In this document: positions 15,032-15,129 of the stretch, piece by piece
How positions within the stretch are numbered: the first letter of the stretch is position 1
Layout of the letters: each line of letters opens with the position of its first letter
From: a virus
Lineage: Duplodnaviria; Heunggongvirae; Uroviricota; Caudoviricetes
Virus record (IMG/VR): IMGVR_UViG_2545824713_000012
DNA: 15,129 bases
Direction: 5' to 3' (one strand)
Notes under the pieces: model-generated
Told to the model about the DNA's origin: nothing
Seen by the model: only the letters and a program-made list of their open reading frames with translations
Database searches by the model: none
Made by a program: the position numbers and the translations under genes

Positions 15032-15129
15032 TGCCACTGCTGGATAAGCTGCGTGAGCAGTACGGGGTCGGACCGCTATGCAGCGAACTGCATATTGCCC
15101 CGTCAACGTATTACCACTGTCAGCAACAG
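15027..15129 (+). CDS. IS3-family transposase OrfB (DDE catalytic subunit), 5' partial within window
   Basis: -1 frame relative to orfA; [34 protein letters not shown]...; overlaps the orfA stop across an A-rich slippery stretch (GGAAAAAATGATG). Confidence 0.8.

Larger units (their letters stand above)
14651..15129 (+). mobile_element. IS3-family insertion sequence, left end (IS629/IS1203-like), continuing beyond the window
   Basis: Terminal sequence TGAACCGCCCCGGGAATCCTGGAGACT, then orfA and a -1 frame orfB typical of IS3-family programmed frameshifting; protein sequences recognised from memory as IS629/IS1203-group transposase. Confidence 0.85.

Noticed and set aside
14786-15106. Minus-strand 106-aa ORF inside the IS element
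   Set aside because: Antisense to the IS3-family transposase orfA/orfB

Overview
This window is the left (early) arm of a lambdoid prophage integrated at the chromosomal lambda attachment site next to ybhC. All calls are from reading the sequence and ORF translations against remembered protein families; no database search was run.

Layout, left to right:
- Host ybhC (1-1284, minus), then attL with the 15-bp lambda core GCTTTTTTATACTAA (1331-1345) and the P' arm.
- Lambda-type recombination block, all on the minus strand: int, xis, a TraR/DksA-like orf73, orf61/63/60a, then exo, bet and a gam that can only encode the short (98-aa) form.
- Between xis and orf73, where lambda carries ea8.5/ea22, there is instead a ~1-kb AT-rich segment encoding a 200-aa three-helix membrane protein on the opposite strand.
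- An immunity region that is not lambda-like: no N gene was found, an unknown 96-aa ORF is the first gene left of a PL-like promoter, and a CI-like HTH + S24 peptidase repressor sits divergent from a Cro-like (YdaS-family) and a YdaT-family gene.
- Lambda-type replication genes O (with five palindromic iterons) and P, then ren with a divergent 3' end.
- A DLP12-like block: emrE (SMR efflux pump) and the large serine recombinase ybcK.
- Unknown cargo: a 107-aa ORF and a 231-aa protein with an N-terminal HNH nuclease motif, whose 3' end is cut by an IS3-family element (IS629/IS1203-like) that runs off the window.

The two best candidates for an undescribed accessory or defence function are the membrane-protein moron (2963-3936) and the 107-aa + HNH module (13380-14679). 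I cannot tell from sequence alone which, if either, is a functional system.
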